Positions 1-11,092 are shown, counted from the first letter of the stretch. The stretch is 55,583 nucleotides of DNA from Oscillospiraceae bacterium (GCA_017848075.1 JAGALG010000125.1:1-55583), one strand, 5' to 3'. Numbers and translations: made by a program. Notes: generated by a model from the letters alone, not told the origin.

Positions 1-13
1 ATTGTAAAAGAGT

Positions 14-49
14 AAAAAAGAGCCGCTCCCCGTGGGGAGCGGCTCTTTT
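14..49. terminator. Bidirectional intrinsic terminator downstream of exoA
   Basis: AAAAGAGCCGCTCCCC-GT-GGGGAGCGGCTCTTTT perfect inverted repeat with A/T tails, next to the exoA stop. Confidence 0.85.
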
Positions 50-50
50 A

Positions 51-803
51 CTATTTCAGGATCAAACCAACCGGGCAGTGGTCGCTGCCCAAAATATCGG
101 CATAGATCAAAGCATCATCAATGTTCTCTTTCAAACGATCGGAGACCAGGAAATAGTCAATTCTCCAGCCCACATTCTTCTCTCTGGCGCGAGCGCGGTA
201 GCTCCACCAGGAGTAAGCGTCTGTTTTATCTGGGTACAAAGCACGGAAACTGTCGGTGAAGCCGCTGGCCAGCAGCTCGGTCATTTTGGCTCGTTCCTCG
301 TCGGTAAAGCCCGGATTTTTGTGGTTGGTTTTTGGGTTTTTCAGGTCAATTTCCTGATGAGCCACATTCATATCTCCACAAACGATGACTGGTTTTCTTT
401 CGTCCAGCTTTTTCAGATGGCTGCGGAAGGCATCCTCCCAAACCATGCGGTAATCCAGACGCAGCAGACCATCCTTGGAGTTAGGAGTATAAACGGTTAC
501 CATCCAGAAATCCTCGAATTCCAAAGTAATCACACGGCCCTCCTGGTCGTGTTCCTCGATTCCAAGACCATACTGCACAGACAGCGGTTCCTTTTTTGTA
601 AAGATGGCAACGCCGGAATACCCTTTTTTTACGGCACTGTTCCAATACTGGTGGTAGCCGGGGGTTTCGATCACAGCCTGGTCGGGCTGCATCTTTGTTT
701 CGCCCAGACAGAAGATGTCTGCATCCTCCTGTTGGAAGAAATCATAAAAGCCCTTGCCAATGCAGGCACGCAGTCCGTTTACATTCCAGGAAATCAGTTT
801 CAC
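51..803 (-). CDS. exoA: Exodeoxyribonuclease III / AP endonuclease (Xth/ExoA family)
   Basis: Motifs [35 protein letters not shown]; AGGAGG RBS upstream. Confidence 0.95.
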   Translation of the reverse strand: MKLISWNVNGLRACIGKGFYDFFQQEDADIFCLGETKMQPDQAVIETPGYHQYWNSAVKKGYSGVAIFTKKEPLSVQYGLGIEEHDQEGRVITLEFEDFWMVTVYTPNSKDGLLRLDYRMVWEDAFRSHLKKLDERKPVIVCGDMNVAHQEIDLKNPKTNHKNPGFTDEERAKMTELLASGFTDSFRALYPDKTDAYSWWSYRARAREKNVGWRIDYFLVSDRLKENIDDALIYADILGSDHCPVGLILK

Positions 804-1082
804 AAGTAGTCCTCCTTATATTAAAAATAAAAATAGTTTTCGGTTAGTCCAATGAAACAATTAATATTATACCATGTAAGTATAATATGCACAATCAACT
901 TTCACAAAAAAAGAAAAACCGGATGATTAAGCCATTTTTCGGCAGCGTTTTTTAAAAATCAGTCGAACGATTTCAACAAAAGGTATATTTCTTTTGGAAT
1001 ATAGCGTGAAATATCCAAAGAAAAGCGGTATCTTATTCGAGGCTGAAAAAGTGGTGGAAGTTTTTTTGTGAAGTCTGTCCCA

Positions 1083-1111
1083 TTGACTTTTATAATACAC
1101 GGGGGTAGAAT
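1083..1111 (+). promoter_or_regulatory. SigA-type promoter of nrdD
   Basis: TTGACT(1083-1088)-N17-TAGAAT(1106-1111). Confidence 0.7.
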
Positions 1112-1130
1112 AAAAATCAACTTAGAAAGC

Positions 1131-1239
1131 AGAATAATCTCATTTCTCGTCAGATCATAATGGTCGGTCGGTTCTCTGACTTGGAGAACACTGCTGTTAT
1201 GATATTTTTTTGCAGATGCGGGAAAAATGAGATTATTTT
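1131..1239 (+). promoter_or_regulatory. Structured nrdD 5' leader, candidate attenuator
   Basis: Outer stem AATAATCTCATTT/AAATGAGATTATT; inner hairpin 1154-1203 followed by T7; competing helix 1144-1154/1175-1188. Confidence 0.5.
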
Positions 1240-1265
1240 CCATAGAACAAAAGGGGAGCGAAGCA

Positions 1266-3587
1266 ATGATCAAAACAATCATTAAGCGTGACGGAAGAAC
1301 GGTAGAATTTGACCTGGAAAAGATTGCACAGGCCATTTTCTCCGCAGCACAGGCCATGGGAGGAGATAACTATGCCCAGGCTTGTGAACTGGCAAAGCAG
1401 GTAGAAGATCTGCTGCTTGCTTCCGGCATGGAGTCTCCTACCGTGGAGCAGGTACAGGACATGGTGGAGAAGGTTCTCATTGAGAATGGTCACAGCCAGA
1501 CTGCAAAAAGCTATATCCTTTACCGTGCCCAGCGTACACGCATCCGTGAAATGAATACCAGCCTGATGAAGATCTACGAGGATCTGACCTTTAAGGATGC
1601 GGCAAACAACGATATCAAGCGTGAAAATGCCAATATTGACGGTGACACCGCCATGGGTACCATGCTGAAATATGGTTCTGAGGGCGCAAAAGCCTTCGAC
1701 GAGATGTTCATTCTGGATCCGGAACATGCCAAAGCGCACCGGAATGGCGATATTCACATCCATGACCTGGACTTCCTGACTTTGACCACCACCTGCTGTC
1801 AGATCGATCTGACCAAGCTGTTCCATGATGGATTCAGCACCGGTCATGGCTTCCTCCGTGAGCCAAACGATATTATGAGCTATAGTGCGCTGGCTTGTAT
1901 TGCGATTCAGTCCAACCAGAATGACCAGCATGGCGGTCAGAGTATTCCAGCCTTTGACTACGATATGGCTCCCGGTGTAGCAAAAACCTATGCTAAACTG
2001 TATCGTCGTAATTTGATCAAAGCCTGCGAGCTGCTCTGTGATCTGGAAAATGCAGAGGAGATCGTAAACGGTATCAGTGACCAGCTGAAAGCAGAAGGCT
2101 GCAAACCAAGTCTGGAGAATCATGGTGAATATCTGAGCAAAGAAGCAGAACTTTTGTCTGCTCATATTGCCGCAGAGCAGATCCCTGCAGTGCAGAAATT
2201 TGCTCTGAAATATGCTGCGAAAGAAACGGATAAGACCACTTATCAGGCCATGGAAGCGCTGGTACATAACCTGAACACCATGCACTCCCGTGCAGGTGCT
2301 CAGATCCCATTCAGCTCCTTGAACTACGGTACCGATACTTCTCCGGAAGGCCGTATGGTTACCCGTAACCTGTTGCTGGCAACAGAAGCTGGCTTGGGCA
2401 ACGGTGAGACCTGCATTTTCCCAATTCATATTTTCAAAGTAAAAGAAGGCATCAACTACAATGAAGGCGAGCCAAACTACGATCTGTTCCAGCTGGCTTG
2501 TCGCGTTTCTGCAAAACGCCTCTTCCCGAACTTCTCCTTTATTGATGCACCTTATAATCTGCAGTACTACAAAGAGGGCCACCCAGAGACCGAGATCGCT
2601 TATATGGGCTGCCGCACCCGCGTAGCGGCCAATGTATACGATCCATCCCGTGAGATCGTAACCGGCCGTGGCAACCTGAGCTTTACTTCCGTGAACCTGC
2701 CAAGACTGGCGATCCTTGCGGATCATGATATCGATCGGTTCTTCTCTTTGCTGGATGATCGCATTAATATTGTAATCAGTCAGCTGAAAGATCGCTTCCG
2801 TATTCAGTGCGGCAAAAAAGCCAAAAACTACCCCTTCCTGATGGGACAGGGTGTATGGATGGACTCTGATGGTCTCAACGCAGCTGACAGTGTGGAAGAA
2901 GTACTGAAACATGGTACTTTGACCATGGGCTTTATCGGTCTGGCAGAATGTCTGGTAGCTTTGATTGGTAAACATCACGGTGAAAGTGAAGAGGCGCAGG
3001 AGCTGGGTCTGCGCATCATCTCCCATATGCGTCAGCGTATGGATGAGGAAGCAGCAAAAACTCATCTGAACTTCTCCCTGATTGCGACTCCGGCAGAAGG
3101 CTTGTCCGGCCGTTTCGTAAAAATCGACCGTCGGCGTTTTGGTTCTATCCCTGGTATTACGGATAGAGAGTACTACACCAACTCCTTCCACATTCCGGTT
3201 TACTACAGCATCAGCGCCTTTAAGAAAATCAAACTGGAAAGCCCATACCATGCTTTGACGAACGGTGGTCATATCACTTACATCGAGCTGGACGGTGACC
3301 CAAGCGATAATCTGGAAGCCTTTGAACAGATTGTACGCTGCATGAAAGAATGTGGTGTTGGCTACGGTTCCATCAACCATCCGGTTGACCGCGACTGCGT
3401 CTGCGGCTATACCGGTATCATTGGTGATGTATGTCCGAAGTGCGGCCGAAAAGAAGGCGAGCACGAACCGAAATTCGAGCGTATTCGCCGTATTACCGGT
3501 TATTTGGTAGGCACTACCGATCGCTGGAACAATGCGAAACGGGCCGAAGAAAAAGACCGTGTGAAACACATGAGCATGAATCAGTAA
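1266..3587 (+). CDS. nrdD: Anaerobic ribonucleoside-triphosphate reductase (class III) with N-terminal ATP cone
   Basis: ATP-cone [27 protein letters not shown]-terminal Cys-rich Zn site and glycyl-radical loop RIRRITGYL; start moved to ATG 1266 after AGGGGAG. Confidence 0.96.
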   Translation: MIKTIIKRDGRTVEFDLEKIAQAIFSAAQAMGGDNYAQACELAKQVEDLLLASGMESPTVEQVQDMVEKVLIENGHSQTAKSYILYRAQRTRIREMNTSLMKIYEDLTFKDAANNDIKRENANIDGDTAMGTMLKYGSEGAKAFDEMFILDPEHAKAHRNGDIHIHDLDFLTLTTTCCQIDLTKLFHDGFSTGHGFLREPNDIMSYSALACIAIQSNQNDQHGGQSIPAFDYDMAPGVAKTYAKLYRRNLIKACELLCDLENAEEIVNGISDQLKAEGCKPSLENHGEYLSKEAELLSAHIAAEQIPAVQKFALKYAAKETDKTTYQAMEALVHNLNTMHSRAGAQIPFSSLNYGTDTSPEGRMVTRNLLLATEAGLGNGETCIFPIHIFKVKEGINYNEGEPNYDLFQLACRVSAKRLFPNFSFIDAPYNLQYYKEGHPETEIAYMGCRTRVAANVYDPSREIVTGRGNLSFTSVNLPRLAILADHDIDRFFSLLDDRINIVISQLKDRFRIQCGKKAKNYPFLMGQGVWMDSDGLNAADSVEEVLKHGTLTMGFIGLAECLVALIGKHHGESEEAQELGLRIISHMRQRMDEEAAKTHLNFSLIATPAEGLSGRFVKIDRRRFGSIPGITDREYYTNSFHIPVYYSISAFKKIKLESPYHALTNGGHITYIELDGDPSDNLEAFEQIVRCMKECGVGYGSINHPVDRDCVCGYTGIIGDVCPKCGRKEGEHEPKFERIRRITGYLVGTTDRWNNAKRAEEKDRVKHMSMNQ

Positions 3588-3591
3588 AAAG

Positions 3592-3619
3592 AAAGCCGAA
3601 CCGAAAAGGTTCGGCTTTT
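3592..3619 (+). terminator. Intrinsic terminator between nrdD and nrdG
   Basis: AAAGCCGAACC-GAAAA-GGTTCGGCTTTT; an extended -10 (TGCTATAAT, about 3636-3644) follows, suggesting nrdG has its own promoter. Confidence 0.75.
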
Positions 3620-3693
3620 CTGCTGCCGGGAAATATGCTATAATCGTACATAAGCTCTCTGAGCGTAAGTTTTGTGAAAAAGGAAGTTATCCT

Positions 3694-4197
3694 ATGTCTT
3701 ATACTATTCAGGTATCCGGAGTTGTCCCTGAATCCATCGTGGACGGCCCTGGTATCCGTTATGCCCTTTTTGTACAGGGCTGCCCTCATCACTGCCCCGG
3801 CTGCCATAATCCCCAAACACACCCTTTCGAGGGCGGCGTGAGCCGTACGATCGATGAGATCGCTGCTGAGGTGGGAGAGAATCCACTGATCTCCGGTGTG
3901 ACCTTTTCCGGCGGAGAACCCATGTGTCAGGCAAGGGCATTGGCAGAGCTGGCGAAAAAGCTGCGGGCAATGAAAAAGAATATCGTCTGCTACACGGGCT
4001 ATACCTTTGAGCAGCTGCTGCAGGAACAGGATCCGGATCGGATGGCTTTGCTGGAACAGTGCCGCTATCTGATCGATGGCCCCTTTGTGTTGGCAGAAAA
4101 GTCCCTGATGGTCAAATTCCGAGGCAGCAAAAACCAGCGGATCCTGGATGTGAAGGCTTCTTTGGAGGCTGGAGCAGCTGTGGAAGCAGGAATTTAA
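3694..4197 (+). CDS. nrdG: Anaerobic RNR activating protein (radical SAM)
   Basis: [34 protein letters not shown]; adjacent to nrdD. Confidence 0.95.
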   Translation: MSYTIQVSGVVPESIVDGPGIRYALFVQGCPHHCPGCHNPQTHPFEGGVSRTIDEIAAEVGENPLISGVTFSGGEPMCQARALAELAKKLRAMKKNIVCYTGYTFEQLLQEQDPDRMALLEQCRYLIDGPFVLAEKSLMVKFRGSKNQRILDVKASLEAGAAVEAGI

Positions 4198-4293
4198 AAG
4201 GATAAAACGGCATTGGCATGGCCCGATGCCGTTGTTTTTATGGGGAATTTGTACTATAATGATTGGGTACAAATCCCAAAGGGAGGAATCACT

Positions 4294-4572
4294 TTGATAG
4301 CAACAATCGCACCGTATTATTTTTTACTGATGACTGTGGCGACTTTCGTGCTCTGCGCCATTGACAAGTTTGCAGCAAAAAAACAGCTGCGCCGTGTGCC
4401 GGAGAAAACCTTCTTTTTGCTTTCTGCTTTAGGCGGCAGTGTGGGTATGTATGCCGCTATGCTGACCTTTCGTCATAAAACGCAGCACTGGTATTTTAAA
4501 TACGGGATCCCGGCCATTATTGTGGCACAGGTAGCCTTGGTTTTGATTCTTCTCCGTCTATTGGGAAAATAG
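4294..4572 (+). CDS. DUF1294 family small membrane protein
   Basis: DKFAA..RRVPEKT..LGGSVG..FRHKTQH pattern; probable TTG start at 4294 after GGAGG. Confidence 0.85.
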   Translation: MIATIAPYYFLLMTVATFVLCAIDKFAAKKQLRRVPEKTFFLLSALGGSVGMYAAMLTFRHKTQHWYFKYGIPAIIVAQVALVLILLRLLGK

Positions 4573-4627
4573 GTTTAAAATTCAGAATTTATACACAAAA
4601 TATTTATGTCAGCGTTTCCTCTTGTGT

Positions 4628-4656
4628 TTGACAAACGCTGCGTATAAGGGTACAAT
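4628..4656 (+). promoter_or_regulatory. SigA-type promoter of secA
   Basis: TTGACA-N17-TACAAT. Confidence 0.7.
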
Positions 4657-4750
4657 TAAAATGTTATGGTGTAACATGATTATGTACACAATTGTGGAAT
4701 GAAAATTGCCGGCAGGCAGCCAGTCTGCCGAAGCATACAGAGGTGTAACA

Positions 4751-7489
4751 ATGGGTTTATTGGACAAAATTTTCGGAACATACTCCGAGCGTGAACTGAA
4801 AAAGATCTACCCGATCCGTGACAAGGTTCTGGCTCTGGATGAACCATATCAGAAGCTCAGCGACGCAGAGCTTCGTGCCAATACCGATAAGCTGAAAGCT
4901 CGTCTGGCTAATGGCGAGACACTGGACGACATTCTTCCAGAAGCTTTCGCTACCTGCCGTGAGGCAGCATGGCGCGTATTGGGTAAAAAACATTACCCGG
5001 TTCAGATCGTCGGTGGTATCGTGCTCCATCAGGGCCGTATTGCGGAGATGAAAACCGGTGAAGGTAAAACACTGGTAGAAACTCTGCCGGTATATCTGAA
5101 CGCACTGGAAGGCAAGGGCGTTCATGTGGTTACCGTCAACGACTACCTGGCAAAACGAGACTCTGAGGAAATGGGTAAGATCTACCGCTTCCTGGGTCTG
5201 ACCGTTGGTCTGATCGTTCATGGTGCAGACCAGGGCAAAAAAGATGCATACGACTGCGATATCACCTATGGTACCAACAGCGAATTCGGCTTTGACTACC
5301 TCCGTGACAACATGCAGATCAAAAAAGAAAAATGTGTTCAGAGAGGTCATCACTATGCAGTAGTGGACGAGGTGGACTCCATCCTCATCGACGAAGCCAG
5401 AACTCCTCTGATCATCTCCGGTGCAGGCGACAAATCCACCGATCTCTATACTTTGGCCGATCGCTTTGCCCGCACTCTGACCATGACCAAGGTTCGTGAA
5501 GTAGACACCAAAGAAGATATGGAATCCACTATGTCCGGTGACTACATCGTGGATGAAAAGGGTAAAACCGCAACCCTGACCAAGAGTGGTATCGAAAAAG
5601 CAGAGCGTTACTTCAATGTGGAAAACCTGATGGATATCGAGAATTCCACCTTGCAGCATCACATCAATCAGGCCATCAAAGCACATGGTACCATGCACAA
5701 AGATGTCAACTATCTGGTACAGGATGGTCAGGTTAAAATCGTTGATGAATTTACCGGCCGTGTTATGGAAGGCCGCCGCTGGAGCGAAGGTCTCCATCAG
5801 GCAGTGGAAGCCAAAGAGGGCGTGGAGATCAAAAAAGAATCCAAAACTCTGGCTACCGTTACCTACCAGAACCTGTTCCGTATGTACGATAAACTGTCCG
5901 GTATGACCGGTACCGCAATGACCGAGGCAGATGAGTTCCGTGAGATCTACGGTATGGATGTTATCGAGGTTCCAACCAATAAACCGGTCATTCGTCTGGA
6001 TCTGTCTGATGTGGTGTTCAAAAATGAGAATGCAAAAATCAATGCGATCATTGAGCAGATCAAAGAGTGTCATGCAAAAGGCCAGCCGGTTCTGGTTGGT
6101 ACTGTTTCTGTTGAGAAATCCGAGCAGCTGAGCGCAAAACTGAAACGCACCGGTATCCAGCATCAGGTTCTGAATGCAAAATACCATGAGAAAGAGGCAG
6201 AGATCGTCGCTCAGGCCGGTCAGTTCGGTGCAGTTACCATCGCTACCAATATGGCAGGTCGTGGTACCGATATTATGCTGGGCGGTAATGCTGAATTTAT
6301 GGCCCGTCAGCAGATGAGAAAAGAAGAATACACCGAAGAACTGATCATGGAAGCCATGGGCTTCGGTGAGACCGAAGATGAGGCTGTTCTCTCCGCTCGT
6401 CAGCGCTACAATGAGCTGATTGCAGAGTTCAAAGAGAAAATTGCTCCGGAAGCAGAGAAAGTCTGCAACGCCGGCGGTCTGTTTATTATCGGTACGGAGC
6501 GCCATGAATCCCGCCGTGTTGATAACCAGCTGCGTGGCCGTTCCGGCCGTCAGGGTGACCCGGGTGCATCCCGTTTCTTCCTGTCTTTGGACGATGATCT
6601 GATGCGTCTCTTCGGTGGTGATCGCATCAATAATATGATGGATTCTCTGAAAATTGATGAGAACCTGCCAATCGAAAATAAAATGCTGACCAATACCATC
6701 GAATCTGCTCAGACTAAGATCGAGGCAAGAAACTTTGGTATCCGTAAAAATGTCCTCCAGTACGACGATGTTATGAATAAACAGCGTCAGATCATCTACG
6801 CACAGAGAAATCAGGTGCTGGATGGCGCAGATATGAAGGACTACATCCAGTCCATGATCAGTGAACAGGTACAGACCACCATTCCGCTGTTCCTCCACGA
6901 AAGCACCGAGCCTTCCGAGTGGAACATCGTCGGTCTGAAGAGCCACTTTGTTGGCATGCTGGCTGCTGACCTGATCCCGGATGATCCAAATGAAGCCGGT
7001 AAAATTGGCCGTGAGGCTCTGACCGAGCAGATCAACCAGCGTCTCCATGAAATCTATGAGGAGAAAGAAGCAGAGCTGGGTTCCGATGTTATGCGTGAGC
7101 TGGAGCGTGTGGTTCTGCTGAAACAGGTCGATACTCACTGGATCGATCATCTGAGCGCAATGGAAGATCTGAAACAGGGTATCGGTCTGCGTTCCTTCGC
7201 ACAGCGTGACCCTGCTACCGAGTACCGTATGGAAGGCTTTGATATGTTCGACGAAATGATTGCCGGCATTCGTGAGGATACTGTAAAGTACCTCTTTGCT
7301 GTGAAAGCGGTAAAACCGGGCGCAGATTCCAAACTGTTGCAGAGAGAGCAGGTTGCAAAACCACTGCCAACCGGTGGTGACGGCAGCCTGAATACTACAA
7401 CGGTGGTACGAAAAGGCAAAAAAATTGGCCGAAACGATCCATGTCCATGCGGCAGCGGTAAAAAATACAAACACTGCTGCGGCAGATAA
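4751..7489 (+). CDS. secA: Preprotein translocase ATPase SecA
   Basis: [51 protein letters not shown]-terminal [22 protein letters not shown]; ATG 4751 after GAGGTG. Confidence 0.98.
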   Translation: MGLLDKIFGTYSERELKKIYPIRDKVLALDEPYQKLSDAELRANTDKLKARLANGETLDDILPEAFATCREAAWRVLGKKHYPVQIVGGIVLHQGRIAEMKTGEGKTLVETLPVYLNALEGKGVHVVTVNDYLAKRDSEEMGKIYRFLGLTVGLIVHGADQGKKDAYDCDITYGTNSEFGFDYLRDNMQIKKEKCVQRGHHYAVVDEVDSILIDEARTPLIISGAGDKSTDLYTLADRFARTLTMTKVREVDTKEDMESTMSGDYIVDEKGKTATLTKSGIEKAERYFNVENLMDIENSTLQHHINQAIKAHGTMHKDVNYLVQDGQVKIVDEFTGRVMEGRRWSEGLHQAVEAKEGVEIKKESKTLATVTYQNLFRMYDKLSGMTGTAMTEADEFREIYGMDVIEVPTNKPVIRLDLSDVVFKNENAKINAIIEQIKECHAKGQPVLVGTVSVEKSEQLSAKLKRTGIQHQVLNAKYHEKEAEIVAQAGQFGAVTIATNMAGRGTDIMLGGNAEFMARQQMRKEEYTEELIMEAMGFGETEDEAVLSARQRYNELIAEFKEKIAPEAEKVCNAGGLFIIGTERHESRRVDNQLRGRSGRQGDPGASRFFLSLDDDLMRLFGGDRINNMMDSLKIDENLPIENKMLTNTIESAQTKIEARNFGIRKNVLQYDDVMNKQRQIIYAQRNQVLDGADMKDYIQSMISEQVQTTIPLFLHESTEPSEWNIVGLKSHFVGMLAADLIPDDPNEAGKIGREALTEQINQRLHEIYEEKEAELGSDVMRELERVVLLKQVDTHWIDHLSAMEDLKQGIGLRSFAQRDPATEYRMEGFDMFDEMIAGIREDTVKYLFAVKAVKPGADSKLLQREQVAKPLPTGGDGSLNTTTVVRKGKKIGRNDPCPCGSGKKYKHCCGR

Positions 7490-7499
7490 CAAAAAAGCG

Positions 7500-7524
7500 A
7501 AAGCCGCCCATTGGGCGGCTTTTT
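7500..7524 (+). terminator. Intrinsic terminator after secA
   Basis: AAAGCCGCCCA-T-TGGGCGGCTTTTT inverted repeat with T tail. Confidence 0.75.
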
Positions 7525-7541
7525 GATTCAGGAGGATCTTT

Positions 7542-8114
7542 ATGTTTTATCATGCATCCCCTGTTAAGGGTATCGAAACCTTGGAACCGAGGATCTCCAA
7601 TCATGGGATCCCACAGATCTACTTTTCCACCAGACGGGAAAATGTGTTGGTCTATTTGAGCAATGCAGTGGAGAAGTACTGTAAATCAGTGGATTATTCT
7701 CATACAGGTTCTTACTATAAATGGGCCAGCTATGGCTTTACAGCAGAGGGCCTGCTGCGCGTGGAGGAATACTACCCCAATGCGACAGAGGACACCTACC
7801 GGGGAGGATCCGGCTGGATCTACTCTTTGCAAGAATTGGAACAAGGAGAAGCCATGAAGGATATTCCCTTTGCCTATACCTCCCGTGTTCCGGTGAAGGT
7901 AGAGGCTGTGGAGTTTATTCCTGATGCTTACGAGGCGATTTTGCAGGCGGAGCGGGAAGGAAAACTGGTGATTAAACGCTATGAAACGGCCAGCGAGGCG
8001 AATCTTCAGTGGATCGCAAGAACCATCCCTCAGGAATATGATGAGGCGGCAGACAGACCGGAATATCAGCTGTTTTTGAAGGCAAAATTTCCGGAAATTC
8101 TAAAGAATAAATAA
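7542..8114 (+). CDS. Hypothetical protein, possible Arr-like ADP-ribosyltransferase fold
   Basis: AGGAGG RBS; FYHAS..LEPRISNH..IYFS..GWIY..YTSRVPVKV resembles the motif order of Arr-type ARTs (inference). Confidence 0.55.
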   Translation: MFYHASPVKGIETLEPRISNHGIPQIYFSTRRENVLVYLSNAVEKYCKSVDYSHTGSYYKWASYGFTAEGLLRVEEYYPNATEDTYRGGSGWIYSLQELEQGEAMKDIPFAYTSRVPVKVEAVEFIPDAYEAILQAEREGKLVIKRYETASEANLQWIARTIPQEYDEAADRPEYQLFLKAKFPEILKNK

Positions 8115-8148
8115 CAAATGCCCAACCGTACGGTTGGGCATTTGTTTT
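8113..8148. terminator. Bidirectional terminator between convergent genes
   Basis: AACAAATGCCCAACCG-TA-CGGTTGGGCATTTGTT. Confidence 0.85.
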
Positions 8149-9097
8149 ACAATTTTATCGAATCACCGCAGTCTGCTTTGCGAGCTTGCTTATAGGCAGC
8201 ATCTTTTTTACGGAACATGGTTTTGGTTTTTCCGTCAACACTGCACAGCTCCATAGTAACACGGCCGGTTTCTATCAAAGGGTGACGCAGCACACGAGCC
8301 TGACAAGGGGAGGCAGGCTGGCGGGACACAAGCAAATAGGCGAATTTTTCGTCCTCATAGGGGACCTCTCCGCCTTTCAGCTGACGGTGCAATCGGCTGC
8401 GCGGAACACGGCAGCTGAAGTGGCACCAGTCATCACCGGTAATGGGGCAGATTTCTCTATGAGGGCAGGGAGCAACCATATTAGCACCCAAGGACAACAG
8501 CTGTTGGCGGATGCTTCTCAGCTGCTCAAATCCGGCAGGAGTACCCGGCTCCACAAGAAGAAGCAGCTGTTCTGTGGCATCCCAAAGTCGCTGGACAGCG
8601 CTTGGACGCTGCGCTGGAGATACTTCATTCAGAACATAAGACGCAATGACCAGATCCGCCTTCTGCTCCAAAGAAGAGGTAACATCGCCGGAGATCCACT
8701 GAGCTTTTTCCAATTCAGTTCCCGCCATAAGAGCTTGTCCCTGCGCTTTCATAGAGCTTTCTTTCTCCATACAGATGATCTGCTCCAAAGGGAACTGTTC
8801 GTGGGCAGCCCAGGTAGCAGCGCCGGTTCCGGCGCCTACATCCAGCAGAGTGCGTGGCTGACAGTCTGTATGCTCCATGGCCCAATTGAGAGCAGAATAC
8901 ACGGCTCCGTAGGTTGCAGGCATACGGGTAATGGCATAGGCAGCGGCTTCGGTGCGATCAGAAAGCAGGGGCTGACCGCTGCGTTTGCTGTCACGATAAC
9001 GCTCACTGAGGCGCTGAGCCGCTTTTTGCAGGTCGCTGACCTTACTTCCGCTGGCCAAAGCTTCGATGGATTGAATCAAGGAAACAGGAAGTTCCAT
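8147..9097 (-). CDS. Rsm22/METTL17-like small-subunit rRNA methyltransferase
   Basis: AYAITRMPAT, SAM motif LDVGAGTG, VEPGTPAG, APCPH..C..WCHF, EDEKFAY; start MELP at 9097 after AAGGAG. Confidence 0.88.
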   Translation of the reverse strand: MELPVSLIQSIEALASGSKVSDLQKAAQRLSERYRDSKRSGQPLLSDRTEAAAYAITRMPATYGAVYSALNWAMEHTDCQPRTLLDVGAGTGAATWAAHEQFPLEQIICMEKESSMKAQGQALMAGTELEKAQWISGDVTSSLEQKADLVIASYVLNEVSPAQRPSAVQRLWDATEQLLLLVEPGTPAGFEQLRSIRQQLLSLGANMVAPCPHREICPITGDDWCHFSCRVPRSRLHRQLKGGEVPYEDEKFAYLLVSRQPASPCQARVLRHPLIETGRVTMELCSVDGKTKTMFRKKDAAYKQARKADCGDSIKL

Positions 9098-9110
9098 GGT
9101 GTTCTCCTTT

Positions 9111-10307
9111 CTACAGACCCAGCTGCTGGGTGAAGAAGTCTCGCAGCAGCTCCTCGCTGATGAAAGGCAGGCTGCCACAGCACAGATCCTCGCTGCCTCC
9201 ACCTTTTCCTCCAAGGGCTTTATTCATCGCCTGACAGAGAGCCTTGTTGGACAGACTGCCTGCATTTTTACTCTTGGACAGAGCATAGCGGACAGAATCA
9301 CCAGCCGGCATAAAGAAGCTGCAGAACAGATCATCCTGTTTTGCCATGGTCATTGCAAAGCTTTTGGCTTCATCGGCGGAGAAGCCACCATAGAGGAAGA
9401 TCCATTTGCAGCCCTGCACCTCCGGAGCGGAGGCAAGAAGCTTCTGCCCCAGCAGATCGAAGAGCAGTTTATTCTTTTCATTCAACTGCATTTTTGCTTC
9501 GCTCAGATCATTTTGCAATTTATGTACAGCAGCACACAGACCTTCCGGTTTACAGGAAAATTCCTCTGCCAGTCCTTTCACGCTGTTGTGTTTTTGCTGA
9601 TAATCCTGCAGAGCCCGTTTGCCGCAAAGGAAGAACAGGCGGGTACCGCCTTTGTAGCGCTGGAAGTCGATGATCTTCAGCAGCTGGATCTCAGCGGTAT
9701 GAGCCACATGGGTACCGCAGCAGCCGCAGAAGTCGTAGCCGCAGACTTCCACAACGCGTAGATGTTCCACTTCCGGTTTTTTTCGCAGAGGAAGGGTGGA
9801 TAAGGTTTCCTTATCCGGGTAGGATACATGGACTTCCCCGTTTTCCCCAATGGCCTGGTTGACCAGATCTTCCACATGACGCACCATTTCGGCGTTCAGC
9901 TCACCATCCAAATCGATGGTGGTAAACTCATGTCCCATATGGAAGCCTACATTGTGGAAGCCATATTCCCGCAGGATAATACCGGAGAGAATATGTTCTC
10001 CGCAGTGGATCTGCATATGGGAAAAGCGGATATCCCAATCGATGGAGCCGTTTACGGTAGTGCCTGTCTCCAAAGGTCGGTCACAGTGGTGGTAGATGAC
10101 ACCTGCTTTTTCCGAAACATGATGGACTGAGGCAGAGCCCAGCTTACCTTGGTCAGCAGGCTGACCGCCTCCTTCCGCAAAGAAGGCGGTTTGATCCAGA
10201 ACTACCAGATAAGAGCCCTTTTCTTTGCTGTTTTCTTCACAGGAGAGGACAGTGGCGCTGAAATCGCGCACATAGCTGTCTAAATCGAATAACTTTTTCG
10301 TTTCCAT
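9111..10307 (-). CDS. Alanyl-tRNA editing protein (AlaX-type, with DHHA1 domain)
   Basis: LDQTAFFAEGGGQPADQG, HCGEHILS, CCGTHV, C-terminal GGKGGG. Confidence 0.9.
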   Translation of the reverse strand: METKKLFDLDSYVRDFSATVLSCEENSKEKGSYLVVLDQTAFFAEGGGQPADQGKLGSASVHHVSEKAGVIYHHCDRPLETGTTVNGSIDWDIRFSHMQIHCGEHILSGIILREYGFHNVGFHMGHEFTTIDLDGELNAEMVRHVEDLVNQAIGENGEVHVSYPDKETLSTLPLRKKPEVEHLRVVEVCGYDFCGCCGTHVAHTAEIQLLKIIDFQRYKGGTRLFFLCGKRALQDYQQKHNSVKGLAEEFSCKPEGLCAAVHKLQNDLSEAKMQLNEKNKLLFDLLGQKLLASAPEVQGCKWIFLYGGFSADEAKSFAMTMAKQDDLFCSFFMPAGDSVRYALSKSKNAGSLSNKALCQAMNKALGGKGGGSEDLCCGSLPFISEELLRDFFTQQLGL

Positions 10308-10322
10308 TATGTTTTGCTCCTT

Positions 10323-10961
10323 TCAGCGGAGAAGATCCGGAAGTTTGGACAGGTCATCAATAAGCGGAGCGCCGACCTTTTTCAGACGCTCCATGGATTC
10401 GTGACCGCCGGAATAGAGGATGCAGTGGCAGTTCATGGCCTGTGCAGACTGGTAGTCATGGCTGGTGTCGCCTACAAGATAGGCATTGGAAAAATCAAAT
10501 TGGCCAGAGGCGGCCAGTGCCTTTGCCCGTTCTACCTTACCGCCAATAATATGGCTGCTTTCACCGCTGACATGAGAGAAGTACTCCCGAATACCCAAAC
10601 GCTGCAGATGTCGTTCCAGCATGTCCTGTACATGAGCGGAAAGGACGATTTGGGGGATACCCTGCTCTTTGGCCCACTGGAGAACCTGAGTTACATGAGG
10701 CATAAGAGGAGCCTCCTGCTGACGAAGCTCATAGCGCTCCAGAAACTGTCGGCTGATTTCCCGGTAGTCTTCCTTTTCAAAATCATAGCCAATACTTTCG
10801 TAGAATGATTTGGGAGGGTGACAGAAGTTGTCCCGGTAATAGTCGTAGCTGATTTCCGGAATACCGCGTTCCCGGTTCATCTCATTATTAACGGCAACAA
10901 GAATATGGCCGTCATCCAAAATGGTTCCATTAAAGTCCCAGACCAGCAGGGTAGGAAGCAT
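10323..10961 (-). CDS. HAD-superfamily hydrolase (phosphoglycolate phosphatase-like)
   Basis: WDFNGTILDD motif I, LS motif II, VGDTSHD motif IV. Confidence 0.88.
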   Translation of the reverse strand: MLPTLLVWDFNGTILDDGHILVAVNNEMNRERGIPEISYDYYRDNFCHPPKSFYESIGYDFEKEDYREISRQFLERYELRQQEAPLMPHVTQVLQWAKEQGIPQIVLSAHVQDMLERHLQRLGIREYFSHVSGESSHIIGGKVERAKALAASGQFDFSNAYLVGDTSHDYQSAQAMNCHCILYSGGHESMERLKKVGAPLIDDLSKLPDLLR

Positions 10962-11092
10962 AGAATCAGTCCTTTTTCAAAAAGATACTCCTATTGTATC
11001 ACAAAACAAGGCGCTTTTCAGCTTCTATGGCAGAGGAAACGCCGAAATACCTACCCGAAATTCTATCTTTCATACAAAAATACCAAAAATAC

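Noticed and set aside
985-1025. Imperfect inverted repeat TTCTTTTGGAATAT/ATATCCAAAGAA as a possible NrdR box
   Set aside because: Poor match to the 16-bp NrdR consensus, not in tandem, and well upstream of the predicted promoter.
1185-1230. ACACTG...GGGAA resembling part of a cobalamin riboswitch upstream of nrdD
   Set aside because: The other core elements (GGGAA..GGTG..AATCC, CTGT, AG.CAG.AGACC) are missing or out of order.
1233-7492. Very long antisense ORFs opposite nrdD (1233-3569) and secA (4757-7492), and similar ones opposite the prolyl oligopeptidase, EF-G paralog, murA and pgm
   Set aside because: They mirror well-supported genes codon for codon and lack RBSs and motifs; this is the expected shadow of biased codon usage.
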